Shown in pieces: positions 30,577 to 40,250 of a DNA stretch of 64,000 nucleotides; positions within the stretch are counted from its first letter, which is position 1, and every line of letters starts with the position of its first letter. This DNA is from Alkalispirochaeta sp. (lineage in GTDB: Bacteria > Spirochaetota > Spirochaetia > DSM-27196 > Alkalispirochaetaceae): NCBI GenBank assembly GCA_965601925.1, contig OZ271854.1, positions 576,001-640,000 of the forward strand. Direction: 5' to 3'. The position numbers and the translations under genes were made by a program. The notes below the pieces were generated by a model. That model did not search any database. It saw only the letters and a program-made list of their open reading frames with translations, and was not told where the DNA came from.

Positions 30577-31242
30577 ATGAAGCCATGGCGGAACGAACGG
30601 GAGCTACGCGATCTTGTTATCCGGGAACTCTACACACCGGTCCTCGGAGATATCTTGGATAGCTTGGGATACGTTCACCAGTTCCTCCCCCAACCGATCC
30701 ACCCCATGCGGGACGAGATGGTCGTGGCGGGGCGCGCCATGCCGGTGCTCATGATGGACGTCTACGGAGAGCAAGCGGAACCCTTCGGCCTCATGACGCA
30801 GGCGCTGGACGATCTGACGGAGGGAGAGGTATACATCGCCGGCGGAGCGCATCACCGGAGCGCAAACTGGGGAGAGATCATGACCGCGACGGCCAAGGTG
30901 CGCGGCGCGGCGGGCGCGGTGGTCGACGGCTTCCATCGTGACACGCGACAGGTAGTGTCGCAGCGATTCCCCGTCTTCAGCCGCGGCCCATACGGCCAGG
31001 ACTCGGGACCGCGCATGAAGGTGGCCGACTTCCGTACCGGAATCGAAATCGGCGAGGTGGCGATTCGTCCGGGCGACTTTGTCTTCGGGGATGTCGACGG
31101 TGTGCTCATTGTGCCCCACGAAACGGTCGACGACGTCGTTACTACGGCGCTTGAAAAGGCGCGCGGTGAAAAAGTGGTGCGGAGAGAGATAGAAAACGGC
31201 GTGTCGGCGACCGAGGCGTTCAGAAAATACGGGATCCTATAA
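30577..31242 (+). CDS. RraA/HMG-aldolase family protein
   Basis: [17 protein letters not shown] and [12 protein letters not shown]. Start after AAGGAG. Confidence 0.9.
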   Translation: MKPWRNERELRDLVIRELYTPVLGDILDSLGYVHQFLPQPIHPMRDEMVVAGRAMPVLMMDVYGEQAEPFGLMTQALDDLTEGEVYIAGGAHHRSANWGEIMTATAKVRGAAGAVVDGFHRDTRQVVSQRFPVFSRGPYGQDSGPRMKVADFRTGIEIGEVAIRPGDFVFGDVDGVLIVPHETVDDVVTTALEKARGEKVVRREIENGVSATEAFRKYGIL

Positions 31243-31263
31243 CTCGCTCACCGCACGAGTCCG

Positions 31264-31638
31264 TCACCACTCATCACCTACCGGAGCGTCGATCGAGATT
31301 ACGGTTCCGTCCCCCCTTACGATTTCGGTCGCGTACATCTCCCGACTGAACGCGATCGCGTCGTCGTCGACCCACCCGGAAACGGTGATCGTCTCTCCTA
31401 CCTCGGCCGGCGGCTCCGGGGATCGAGCGCCCCTCACGAAGATCTCGATACGCCCGCTTCCGTCGCGTAAGAGAATTTCGTCGGAATCCCGATAGCGCAC
31501 CACCTCGCCCCGGATAGTCGCGAAGTCGCCGCGGCGGAGACTCTCGATCGGTACGATCGCCTCCTCGTCGGAAGATTGAGCGCTTGCGACGCCCCCAAGC
31601 AAAACCAAGGCCGCAATAACGATGGCCGCTTTGTTCAT
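31264..31638 (-). CDS. Periplasmic OB-fold (YgiW/YdeI-like) protein
   Basis: Signal peptide, IRGEVV, LRDGSGRIEI and VGETITVSG. Confidence 0.7.
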   Translation of the reverse strand: MNKAAIVIAALVLLGGVASAQSSDEEAIVPIESLRRGDFATIRGEVVRYRDSDEILLRDGSGRIEIFVRGARSPEPPAEVGETITVSGWVDDDAIAFSREMYATEIVRGDGTVISIDAPVGDEW

Positions 31639-31863
31639 ACGGTCCCCCTTTTCAGCGTTCGGCCGGCAAAGCCGACGGTCGTCCCTCACAAAGGGATCGG
31701 ATGCGACAAAATGTAACGGAAAAAAGAGCGTCAGCCACGAGCACGACGGCGACAATCGTGAATCATCCTACGGAGGGCCGGTATGAAGGGGTAGCGAGTC
31801 GGATGTCTGCATGGGCAAGTCGAGGCGCTAAGCTTCGGAAACGACGACCCTCGAGTTTTCATG

Positions 31864-32346
31864 TTATATAATATCGAGATTCTTCATGCTCACATCGACG
31901 GTAAAGGGTCCCAAATCGGTGGTAAAGGGCATCCCGATGATCGGAGCGCTACTTGGCCAGTGTATGCGGTGATTCTTGCCCTGCACCACCAGGGGGGGCG
32001 ATATGTCGAGATCGATGCCTTTCTGATACAGGGGCCCCAGGGCGTTTCCGGCGATAATGTTGGTAAACTCTCCGACCATCTCGTTTATCATAATCTCCCG
32101 TTGCCGCTCGGTTTCGAAGACCATACCCGTGCGCTCCAGGAGCTTATCCGCCAGCAATCGCGGAAGCCGAATAACGACGACGCCGGTATGAGTCCCGAGA
32201 AAGCTGATAACACCTGATATTTCCCAGCGGTGATTGCCGAGGCGTTGCACTAAATGGGGAGTGCCGGGAGTCGGGTCGAGCCTGAACATCTTCTTGAAGA
32301 GATTCATCGTCGACTCCAGGAACGGATTGATGATGATGGCCCTCAT
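31864..32346 (-). CDS. cheX: Chemotaxis phosphatase CheX
   Basis: IINPFLES, ISGVI, EFTNIIAG (ExxN) and ISPP.VVQG. Confidence 0.88.
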   Translation of the reverse strand: MRAIIINPFLESTMNLFKKMFRLDPTPGTPHLVQRLGNHRWEISGVISFLGTHTGVVVIRLPRLLADKLLERTGMVFETERQREIMINEMVGEFTNIIAGNALGPLYQKGIDLDISPPLVVQGKNHRIHWPSSAPIIGMPFTTDLGPFTVDVSMKNLDII

Positions 32347-32648
32347 ACCTGTAGCGCCCGTCTCCTTGGATGAATAATAGAGAGAGATACCGACCTGTAC
32401 AATAGCGCGACTCGGCGACGAGTGTCTCCGGGCGATGAACGAGATCGATTTCTCTCACTTCCTTAATACCATCCAATATAACGCTCGATGGGGCTAACGG
32501 CGAAAGTGACCTCTCCCGATGCTGCTCCTCATCGACGCCGTCGTACGCCGAATGAGGGCGCCACGTTCGCGCTCGGCCGGCACACTGCGCTGCGGCGGAA
32601 GCGGTGCGCAACCCGAGTATCGCAGGCGCGTATACACAAAGCGGTACA

Positions 32649-32843
32649 CTATACCGCCGCCGTCCGGATGTCCGAGCATTGGGTGCGGGTCTCTCGACGA
32701 AATCTCCGTCGCGCACCGAGGCGAGCGAGACTCCATAGTCGGAGCCCGCCCCCCTTCGCGAGAGTCGTCGGGGCACCCCCGGCGGCCTCATGTCCAATCG
32801 ATTGCATGAACGAAAACAGAATCACATGCTGAATTGAATACAT
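32649..32843 (-). pseudogene. Possible gene remnant (Dabb-like N-terminus) behind a strong SD
   Basis: GGAGG at 32850-32854, then MYSIQHVILFSF. The remainder does not look like a folded domain. Confidence 0.3.
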
Positions 32844-32862
32844 GTCGCACCTCCACGAACGC

Positions 32863-32936
32863 TGTCGTCCTTTATCGGACAACATATTATCGATAAGGTA
32901 TGCCTACAGGTGAATGTAGTCAAGTAGTGGACAACA
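32863..32936 (-). promoter_or_regulatory. sigma70 promoter bracketed by two 22-bp palindromic operators
   Basis: Sites TGTCGTCC-N6-GGACAACA (32863-32884) and TGTAGTCA-N6-GGACAACA (32915-32936). Minus-strand TTGACT (32923-32918), N17, TACCTT (32900-32895). Confidence 0.7.
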
Positions 32937-33052
32937 AAAAACAGAGGTAGGCCGTACAAACCGCTACGACCGTCGATACATCGCGTGCAAGGACTCTGAG
33001 AACGTCGAATATCTCTATCGGAGGAACAATCTTCAAGGAGAAACGGGAAGCG

Positions 33053-33853
33053 CTATACGATGCTGTCGATAGAGGACGATTCCTGCAAGCTGTGGAGTAG
33101 TATGTCGTCCTCTACGATGTTCTTGACCCCGTGCTTTTTTTCCAAACGATGTAGGTAGATATCGTGGTGAAAGTGCTCCGATACCAGATCGATCAAAATC
33201 ACGTCGTCCGAGTAGACACCGCGAAAATCGTCCTCTCCGTGACCACGAACGATAAGAGCCTTACCGTTGTCGACCACCATCATCATTTTGGAATACGGCC
33301 TACGCGAAGCGTCGAACTTGTCGCTGTAGTAAAACTCCACCGGCAGCGCTCGTTCGTTCACTCGGCAAAATGAAAAGACGATGACCCGCACGCCCCGGTC
33401 GGCAAGCTCGTTCAACTCGCGCTCGAACACCGACAGCTCGATGTTCGTATGCATGTAGATCTCTGCACGCGCCGAGGTCAAAAACTCCTTAGTCTTCACC
33501 AACACGTTGGTGTAACCCTCTATGTTGACGAATCCCTGGGAGGTCTTCTTCACCGACAACTTCGACAGCTCGTCGGAGATGGTAGCGGCGGAGCGGCGCA
33601 AATCGTCGGTGAGACGCGCAAACAGGGCCTGCGGCTCCTCCGCCTGATAGACGCTGATATTGCCGGGAATCAGAATCACCGCTCCGCGCCGTTCCAGATT
33701 ACCGAGAGAGTTGTACACGGTACTGCGCGGCAAATTGACGATTTTGGCCAACTGAGAGCCGTTGAGTTCCGGATATTGCAGCAGATTGACGTAGATTTCG
33801 GCCTCGATCCTCGTGAAATGAAACTTCGTCATTTCGGCGTACAGTGCGTCCAT
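33053..33853 (-). CDS. TrmB-family transcriptional regulator
   Basis: FTRIEAEIYVNLL..LNGSQLAK..LPRSTVYNSL HTH, followed by an effector-binding domain. Start at ATG 33853. Confidence 0.88.
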   Translation of the reverse strand: MDALYAEMTKFHFTRIEAEIYVNLLQYPELNGSQLAKIVNLPRSTVYNSLGNLERRGAVILIPGNISVYQAEEPQALFARLTDDLRRSAATISDELSKLSVKKTSQGFVNIEGYTNVLVKTKEFLTSARAEIYMHTNIELSVFERELNELADRGVRVIVFSFCRVNERALPVEFYYSDKFDASRRPYSKMMMVVDNGKALIVRGHGEDDFRGVYSDDVILIDLVSEHFHHDIYLHRLEKKHGVKNIVEDDILLHSLQESSSIDSIV

Positions 33854-33975
33854 AGTGTGTCCTGTTTTCCAGTGTAGGACGACTCCGAAATTGAGGCAAC
33901 CGGCCGCGCCCGCGCGCGACGGACGGAACGAGCCATACGCCGCATGCGCACGGATCGCGCCGACGGCGTTCGGGT

Positions 33976-35349
33976 TCAACACCCCATCTTCGTCAGTTGC
34001 TCCTTGGGAATACGAATATGAAACGAGGCGCCGCCGCCCTCCGCATTCCGCGCGTCGATCGTCCACCCGTGACTATCGACAATCGCGCGCGCCGTCGAGA
34101 GGCCGAGCCCGAACCCCGGCTCCTGGCGCGAGTTGGTACCCCGTGCCAAGGGTTCGAACAACTTCTCCGGATCGTTATCGCCGAATCCCGGGCCCGTATC
34201 GTCGACACACACCGTCACCGCGCCGTCGCCTTCGATCCCTGCGGAGACGGTGACGCGGTCGCCTTCGTTCGTGTACCGCAATGCGTTGTGAAAGAGGTTT
34301 TCGAATACGCGTGTGAGAAGCGCCTTGTCGCCCATCACGTTGAGATCGGCGGGAAGGTCGATATCGTAGCCGAATGTGCGGCCGTGGACGCGCGCATCTT
34401 CGGTGAGCACCGCGCAGTGGCGGGTCAGAAACTCGCGGAGGGAGAAGCAGGCGTTCTGCATGCGCCAATCGCCGGTCTCCATACGCACGAACTCAATCAA
34501 CTCCACGATACGGGTTTCCAGAACTTCCGACTTCTGTCGAATGATCGATAGGTATTGAGCCAGCGTCTCCGCACTATCGGCGAGCCCGTCGTCGATCGCC
34601 TCCAGATACCCCCGTATCGTCGTCAACGGCGTCTTGAGGTCGTGAGAGACGCTCATGAGAAAACGCGATCGCTTGGCGTACTCCTCCTTGAGCGTACCCC
34701 GCGTCGCATCGAGATCGCGAGCCAAGTCGGACAGCTCGTCGCTACCCACTACCTCAACCGGGACGTCGAGATTGCCGCCGGCGATGCGTCGAATCGCCTC
34801 ACGGATCGAACTGAGTCGCCGCCGGAAGGAGATGATTGCGAGGTTACCGCCCACCGCTCCGATCAGGACCATACCGAGAAAACCGGCCAGGGCTATGATG
34901 ACGCGTCGCGTCCGACTGAAGAACTCCCGCTGCAGCGCTGCGGGAAAGGCCTGTGCGATCTGAAAGACGCGACCGTTGGCGTTTTCTATATTTTCGAGAA
35001 AGAAGGTGAAGTTGCTTTGCGGCGGACCGTCGAACCCCGGGGGATGATCCAACTCGTCGGCACGATGTCCCTCGACGAGCTCCGGTATCGATGAGAAAAG
35101 CACCGTTCGCTCCGCGTGGTCGATAACGACCACCATGACGCCCTCGGGGGGGAGGATGCCGTCGAAGTTCTCCGTCTCTATGCGCGGACGGATCTCGCGC
35201 TCGATCCAGTCCCGTTGCTCGACAAACCGCGTAATCGTCTCGCTGTCGCGAGAGAACAGCGCGACACCGGCCGAGAGAAGCACCGCGGTGACCGCGGGCA
35301 CCGTCACGATACCGACCATCAGCACGCGGAATTTGTGCTGCAACGTCAC
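33976..35349 (-). CDS. HAMP-containing sensor histidine kinase
   Basis: Two TMs, SHDLKTPLT, ENLFHNALRY, DTGPG and GFGLGL. Confidence 0.95.
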   Translation of the reverse strand: MTLQHKFRVLMVGIVTVPAVTAVLLSAGVALFSRDSETITRFVEQRDWIEREIRPRIETENFDGILPPEGVMVVVIDHAERTVLFSSIPELVEGHRADELDHPPGFDGPPQSNFTFFLENIENANGRVFQIAQAFPAALQREFFSRTRRVIIALAGFLGMVLIGAVGGNLAIISFRRRLSSIREAIRRIAGGNLDVPVEVVGSDELSDLARDLDATRGTLKEEYAKRSRFLMSVSHDLKTPLTTIRGYLEAIDDGLADSAETLAQYLSIIRQKSEVLETRIVELIEFVRMETGDWRMQNACFSLREFLTRHCAVLTEDARVHGRTFGYDIDLPADLNVMGDKALLTRVFENLFHNALRYTNEGDRVTVSAGIEGDGAVTVCVDDTGPGFGDNDPEKLFEPLARGTNSRQEPGFGLGLSTARAIVDSHGWTIDARNAEGGGASFHIRIPKEQLTKMGC

Positions 35350-36050
35350 TGCAACTGGTCCTCGGCGAAGGTATATCCGTATCCGTGAACGGTCACAATG
35401 TAGCGCGGGGAGGAGGGGTCCTCCTCGATTTTGCGCCGTAGTCGCTGAATGTGGACGGCCACCGTTGCGACCTCGCCGAACTGATTACCCCACACCTCTC
35501 TATAGATATCTTCGGGGGACTTTGGTACTCCGGCGTTGCGGACCAGAAAGGTGAGGAGATCGAACTCTCGCGGAGCGAGGGGCACGCGCTCCCCCTCCCG
35601 ACGAAGCAGATAGCTCTCAGGCTCCAGCTGGAACGGTCCGAATCGATAGGTCACACCCAGCGGCACCCGTTCCCGGGCGCGGCGCAGCCTCGTCCTAATA
35701 CGCGCGACGAGCACTTTGGGTGAAAAGGGTTTGGTGACAAAGTCGTCCGCTCCGATTCCCAGTCCCAGAACGATATCGGAATCGTCTTGGCGTGCGGACA
35801 CGATGACGACCGGAATCTGCGTCGTCTTCCGTAACTCCTGCAGCACCTGAAACCCGTCGATTCCCGGTAGGTTGAGATCGAGAATAACCAGATCCCACGT
35901 CTCCTCTCGGAGGGCGGCGAGACCGGCCTCGCCGGTCTCACAGTGGCGCGTATGTACGCCCTCGCGCTCCAGATACATGACGATGAGATTCGCGATATCG
36001 GAATCGTCTTCGATGATAAGAATGGAACCCTTCACATCGACCATTATCAT
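35346..36050 (-). CDS. OmpR-family response regulator
   Basis: IIEDD, ILDLNLP, DFVTKPF and the wHTH VAVHIQRLRRKIE. Exact start uncertain. Confidence 0.95.
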   Translation of the reverse strand: MIMVDVKGSILIIEDDSDIANLIVMYLEREGVHTRHCETGEAGLAALREETWDLVILDLNLPGIDGFQVLQELRKTTQIPVVIVSARQDDSDIVLGLGIGADDFVTKPFSPKVLVARIRTRLRRARERVPLGVTYRFGPFQLEPESYLLRREGERVPLAPREFDLLTFLVRNAGVPKSPEDIYREVWGNQFGEVATVAVHIQRLRRKIEEDPSSPRYIVTVHGYGYTFAEDQLQ

Positions 36051-36103
36051 ACGCGTAATGCACGCCCGCCGCCAGGGGAGCCCGGCGACGGTGTACGCCT
36101 CCA

Positions 36104-39100
36104 CTACTGCGAATCGTGTGCCAACGCGACCTGTGCGGCGTGCGCCGTCGGATCGACTTTACGTACCGTGGACTTGCTGGCGATGAGCGAGTAGAGCACC
36201 GGGACGACGAAGAGCGTCATGAAGGTACTCGAGACCAGCCCCCCGACGATGGTCAACGCCACCGGCTGCGTCGCAACGGCGGCGTCGCCGGGAAAGAACG
36301 CCAACGGCACCATGCCGAGTATGGTCGTAAAGGTGGTCATGAGCACGGGGCGCAACCTGCTGCGTCCCGCCTCGACACATGCATCGATCAGAGACAAGCC
36401 GCGCACGCGCAAAAGGTTGGTGTAATCGACCAACACGATCCCGTTATTTACCACCAGCCCCGCGAGCATGATGAGTCCCATGAAAGAGAACATGCTGAAG
36501 GGTTGACCCATGAGAAAATAGATCCCGATGGCTCCGATCAACATCAAAGGAATCGTGAAGACGATGATAAAGGGTGAACGGAACGACTCGAACTGGCTCG
36601 CCATGACGGCGAAGACCAACAATATCGCCATCGCCAACACGACGAGAAACGCCGACGCGGTCTCGGCGATGACCGCCTGTTCCCCCGAAAAATCGAGTCG
36701 TACCCCTTCATCGAGGGTGATAGTCGACTCGATCGCCGCCTGCAGACGCGCCTGTACTTCAGCCGGCGTATTCTCCGGCAACAGACCGCCTGTCACATTT
36801 ACGATGCGCTGTTCGTTCTCACGCTCGATCGAGACCGGACCGCCTCGCCGTTGGAGTGTCGCGAAGTTGGAAAGGGGCACGACCTCGCCGGCCGAGCTTC
36901 TGAGAAAAATCCGCTCCAAATCGGGAATATCGGACCGATCCTCCTGACGCAGGGTCACAAACAGGTCGATCTCCTCGCCGCTGGAGCGGTACTGCGTCGC
37001 GACGGTACCTTGCACGTTGGCGCGAATCTCCTCGGCTATGTCGGCGACACTCAGACCGAAGGCGTAGGCGCGGGAGCGGTCGATCACCACTTCGAGCTCG
37101 GGCAGGGCGTCCGAGATGCTCAACGTCGGCTCGGTAATCTCCGGAAAGCGGTCGAGCATGAGACGTTGAATCGAGTACGCCGTATCGGTAGCGGCGTCCA
37201 AATCGTCGGCGATGATCGCCACATCGATCGGATCCGAGCCGGACAATGCCGCGCCCTGGCTCTCACTGAAACTGAGCTGCACGCCGGGGAAAAGGTTCGC
37301 ATTATCACGAACGAACTGTTCGATGTCGCCGACCGACGTCGTGCGTTCGCCGACCGTCGGGAGATTCACCGTGACCTCGCCGAGATGTTCGCTGGACGCA
37401 CCCCCGAAGAAGCCTCCTCCGGCCGATCCGGCGGTCACCAGAATGTTCTGAATCTCGTCGAATTCTTCGACGATCATCGTTTCCAGCCGTCTGAGCGAGG
37501 CCTCGGTAACCTCGATGCGCGTACCGACCGGCAGCTCAAACTCGACGGAGATGCTGTCCTCTTCGGTCGGGGGTGCGAATATGATGTCCAGACGCGTAAC
37601 GAGGAGGAGCGATACGACAAGCACGGCAAAGGCGACCACGAGAGTGGCCGCACGCGCCGAAAGAACGCCACGTACCGCGGACGCATAGACTCGGTCGAGC
37701 CATTGGAAAAACTGCTCCATCTTTCTATCGGCGCCGCGAAATACACCCAACTTCTTCTCGCGAGCCTCCGGGGAACGCAGAGGGAGGTAAGTACTGGAAA
37801 GCACCGGCACCAGAAGCACGGCGACGAGGAGGGAAGCGAGGATGGCAAAAATGATCGTAAAGGCGATCTCGCCGAACATGACCCCGATGACATCCAACTC
37901 ACCGCGCATGAGGACGATCGGCAAAAAGACGCTGATCGTCGTCATCGCTGAGGCGGTAATGGCTCCGACCATCTCCTGCGTTCCGAGAACGGCCGCCTTG
38001 TGGGCGTCCAGGCCCTCCGCGCGCCGATTGTAGATGTTCTCCAGAATGACGATCGACGAGTCGACGATCATCCCCAACCCCATGATGAGCCCGGATAATG
38101 AAACGACATTGAGAGAAACGCCGGCGAAGTACATCGCTCCCAAGGTGATCGCCATGGAGATCGGAATCGAGAGAGCGATGATGAGGGTCGTGCGAAGGTT
38201 CCTCAGGAACACGAAGAGCACGAGCGTGGCGAAGGCCAGCCCGATCACGAGGGAGGATGCAACCTCATTGAGGGCGCTGCGAACGATCGTGGTGGAGTCG
38301 TCGACGACCTCGAGTGAGACACCGGAAGGGAGTGTCGGCGCGATGAGCTCGATCTCCGAGCGCACACCGTCGGCAACCTCGACCGAGTTGGTCCCGCTCT
38401 CCTTGCGAATCGAGAGATAGACACCCGGCTCGCCGTTGATATAGGCCGTCTGGTCGACGTCGCTCAGTCCGAACTCAACCTCGGCCACGTCACGCAGGCG
38501 AATCGGCCGCCCGAGGCGGGAGGTCCTTCCGCGAGAGTCGGCCGGAGCGCCGGTGGCGATGACGGTGTTGCGAATCTCGTCCAGGCTCCCAAACTCCCCG
38601 GAAGTCCGCAACAGAAGATTGCGCTCCCCCTCTGCGATCTCACCGCCGCCGACCTGTTGGTTTTGCGTTCTGAGCGCCGCGGCGATCTGCGTGATCGTGA
38701 TGTTCAACGCCTGAAGTCTATTTTGGATCACCTCGACGCGCACCTCGCGCTCGCGCCCCCCTTGAATGTTCGCCTCGCCCACGCCCTCGACGCGTTCGAA
38801 GCGGGGCTGCACGATATCCTCGGCGACCTCGCGCATCTCGGCGGCCGAAAGATTTCCGCGGAGCGCGATGTCCATGATCGGCTGGCTCGAGGGATCGAAC
38901 TTAAGAATCTGCGGGTCCTCGGCCTCGGAGGGAAGCAGAGAACGAACCAGCTCCAACTGATCGCGAATCTCGTTCGTCGCCTCGGTAAGGTCGCTCCCGA
39001 AGACGAACTCCAATACGACCGAGCTGAGCCCTTCAGAGGAGCTGGAACTCATCTCCTCGATACCGCTGACGCTCGATAGCGACCCCTCCAGGATCCGCGT

Positions 39101-39289
39101 CACATTGGTCTCGACCTCCTGGGGCCCGGCGCCGTCGTACTGCGTATTGACGACGATGATCGGGAGCTCGAACTCGGGGAAAAAATCGACGGGTATGTCC
39201 CCGAGACCGAATATCCCCAGCCCCACCAAGACGATGAAGAGCATGATGATCGTTACGGGCCGTCGTACGACCCCTTGTACGAAGTTCAC
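36104..39289 (-). CDS. RND efflux permease (AcrB/BesB-like)
   Basis: 1061 aa; RRPVT, FP....P.I.V.T.Y.GA.P.EVE, IVILENI and RLRPVLMT. Confidence 0.95.
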   Translation of the reverse strand: MNFVQGVVRRPVTIIMLFIVLVGLGIFGLGDIPVDFFPEFELPIIVVNTQYDGAGPQEVETNVTRILEGSLSSVSGIEEMSSSSSEGLSSVVLEFVFGSDLTEATNEIRDQLELVRSLLPSEAEDPQILKFDPSSQPIMDIALRGNLSAAEMREVAEDIVQPRFERVEGVGEANIQGGREREVRVEVIQNRLQALNITITQIAAALRTQNQQVGGGEIAEGERNLLLRTSGEFGSLDEIRNTVIATGAPADSRGRTSRLGRPIRLRDVAEVEFGLSDVDQTAYINGEPGVYLSIRKESGTNSVEVADGVRSEIELIAPTLPSGVSLEVVDDSTTIVRSALNEVASSLVIGLAFATLVLFVFLRNLRTTLIIALSIPISMAITLGAMYFAGVSLNVVSLSGLIMGLGMIVDSSIVILENIYNRRAEGLDAHKAAVLGTQEMVGAITASAMTTISVFLPIVLMRGELDVIGVMFGEIAFTIIFAILASLLVAVLLVPVLSSTYLPLRSPEAREKKLGVFRGADRKMEQFFQWLDRVYASAVRGVLSARAATLVVAFAVLVVSLLLVTRLDIIFAPPTEEDSISVEFELPVGTRIEVTEASLRRLETMIVEEFDEIQNILVTAGSAGGGFFGGASSEHLGEVTVNLPTVGERTTSVGDIEQFVRDNANLFPGVQLSFSESQGAALSGSDPIDVAIIADDLDAATDTAYSIQRLMLDRFPEITEPTLSISDALPELEVVIDRSRAYAFGLSVADIAEEIRANVQGTVATQYRSSGEEIDLFVTLRQEDRSDIPDLERIFLRSSAGEVVPLSNFATLQRRGGPVSIERENEQRIVNVTGGLLPENTPAEVQARLQAAIESTITLDEGVRLDFSGEQAVIAETASAFLVVLAMAILLVFAVMASQFESFRSPFIIVFTIPLMLIGAIGIYFLMGQPFSMFSFMGLIMLAGLVVNNGIVLVDYTNLLRVRGLSLIDACVEAGRSRLRPVLMTTFTTILGMVPLAFFPGDAAVATQPVALTIVGGLVSSTFMTLFVVPVLYSLIASKSTVRKVDPTAHAAQVALAHDSQ

Positions 39290-40239
39290 AGCTCGCCTCC
39301 CCCTTCAACGAAGAGACGGTCGGCGGAGAGTACCTGTACCGAGGATCCCTCTTCGATGACGCTTTGGCCGCGCACGACGACCGGATCGCCCGGTTCGAGT
39401 CCCTCTTGGATCTCCGCGAGTTGATTCTCAATGAGCCCGACCCGGACGGGACGTAACGAAGCGACCGAATCGTCGACCACGGTGAAGATGAAGTCGCGAT
39501 CGGAACGGGTGATGATACTCTCGACGGGAATCACGACGACGTCGTCGCGCGTCTCGGTAATGATCGTCACCTCGGCGAACATCCCCGCCTCCGCTCCCGT
39601 CTCGACCGGATCGACGAGAAAGCGAACCTCCTTAGTACGCGTCGTGGAGTCCAGAAGCGGACTGATCTCGTTGGCCGCCACGGTGAACCGACTGCCCGGA
39701 AAGGCCGACAACTCGACGTCGGCGGTCATACCGGGACGCGCCGCCGAGACAAAACGTTCGGGAATGTCCACAACTACTTCCAACGTGTCGAGCTCGCCGA
39801 CGGCGACGATCGGCGTGGCGGTCGAAACGGTACCCCCCTGATCGACGTATACGGCGGTTACCGTACCGGAGATCGGCGCGGTGACGGGGCTCACCTCAAA
39901 GCGCGCGCCGGGCCGCGAAGGGTCGATGTTCGCCACGACCTGCCCCCTACGGACGCGGTCGCCGAGGCGCACGAACAGACGCTGCACCTCGCCGGCGACC
40001 TCGGGATACGTGTCGACGTTGGTCGTGGGGACCACCTCTCCGTTGAGCCGTATCAAGGAGCGGACGGTACCCGACCGCGCCTCATCAAGCTCGACCGAGT
40101 ACACACGGTCGGTCGCCGCCACCTCGAGATTTCTCCCGCCGGGTCCTCCGTCGCCGCCCAGGACGAAACGGGCGCTTATGACGACAAATAGAATCGAAGC
40201 GGCTATGGTGATGGAAGATACGACTCTCTTCTTTTTCAT
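39286..40239 (-). CDS. RND periplasmic adaptor lacking the alpha-hairpin (BesA-like)
   Basis: The lipoyl halves VRLGDRVRRGQVVA and VTAPISGTV are joined by only a short linker. Confidence 0.88.
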   Translation of the reverse strand: MKKKRVVSSITIAASILFVVISARFVLGGDGGPGGRNLEVAATDRVYSVELDEARSGTVRSLIRLNGEVVPTTNVDTYPEVAGEVQRLFVRLGDRVRRGQVVANIDPSRPGARFEVSPVTAPISGTVTAVYVDQGGTVSTATPIVAVGELDTLEVVVDIPERFVSAARPGMTADVELSAFPGSRFTVAANEISPLLDSTTRTKEVRFLVDPVETGAEAGMFAEVTIITETRDDVVVIPVESIITRSDRDFIFTVVDDSVASLRPVRVGLIENQLAEIQEGLEPGDPVVVRGQSVIEEGSSVQVLSADRLFVEGGGEL

Positions 40240-40250
40240 CGGTGTCTCCT

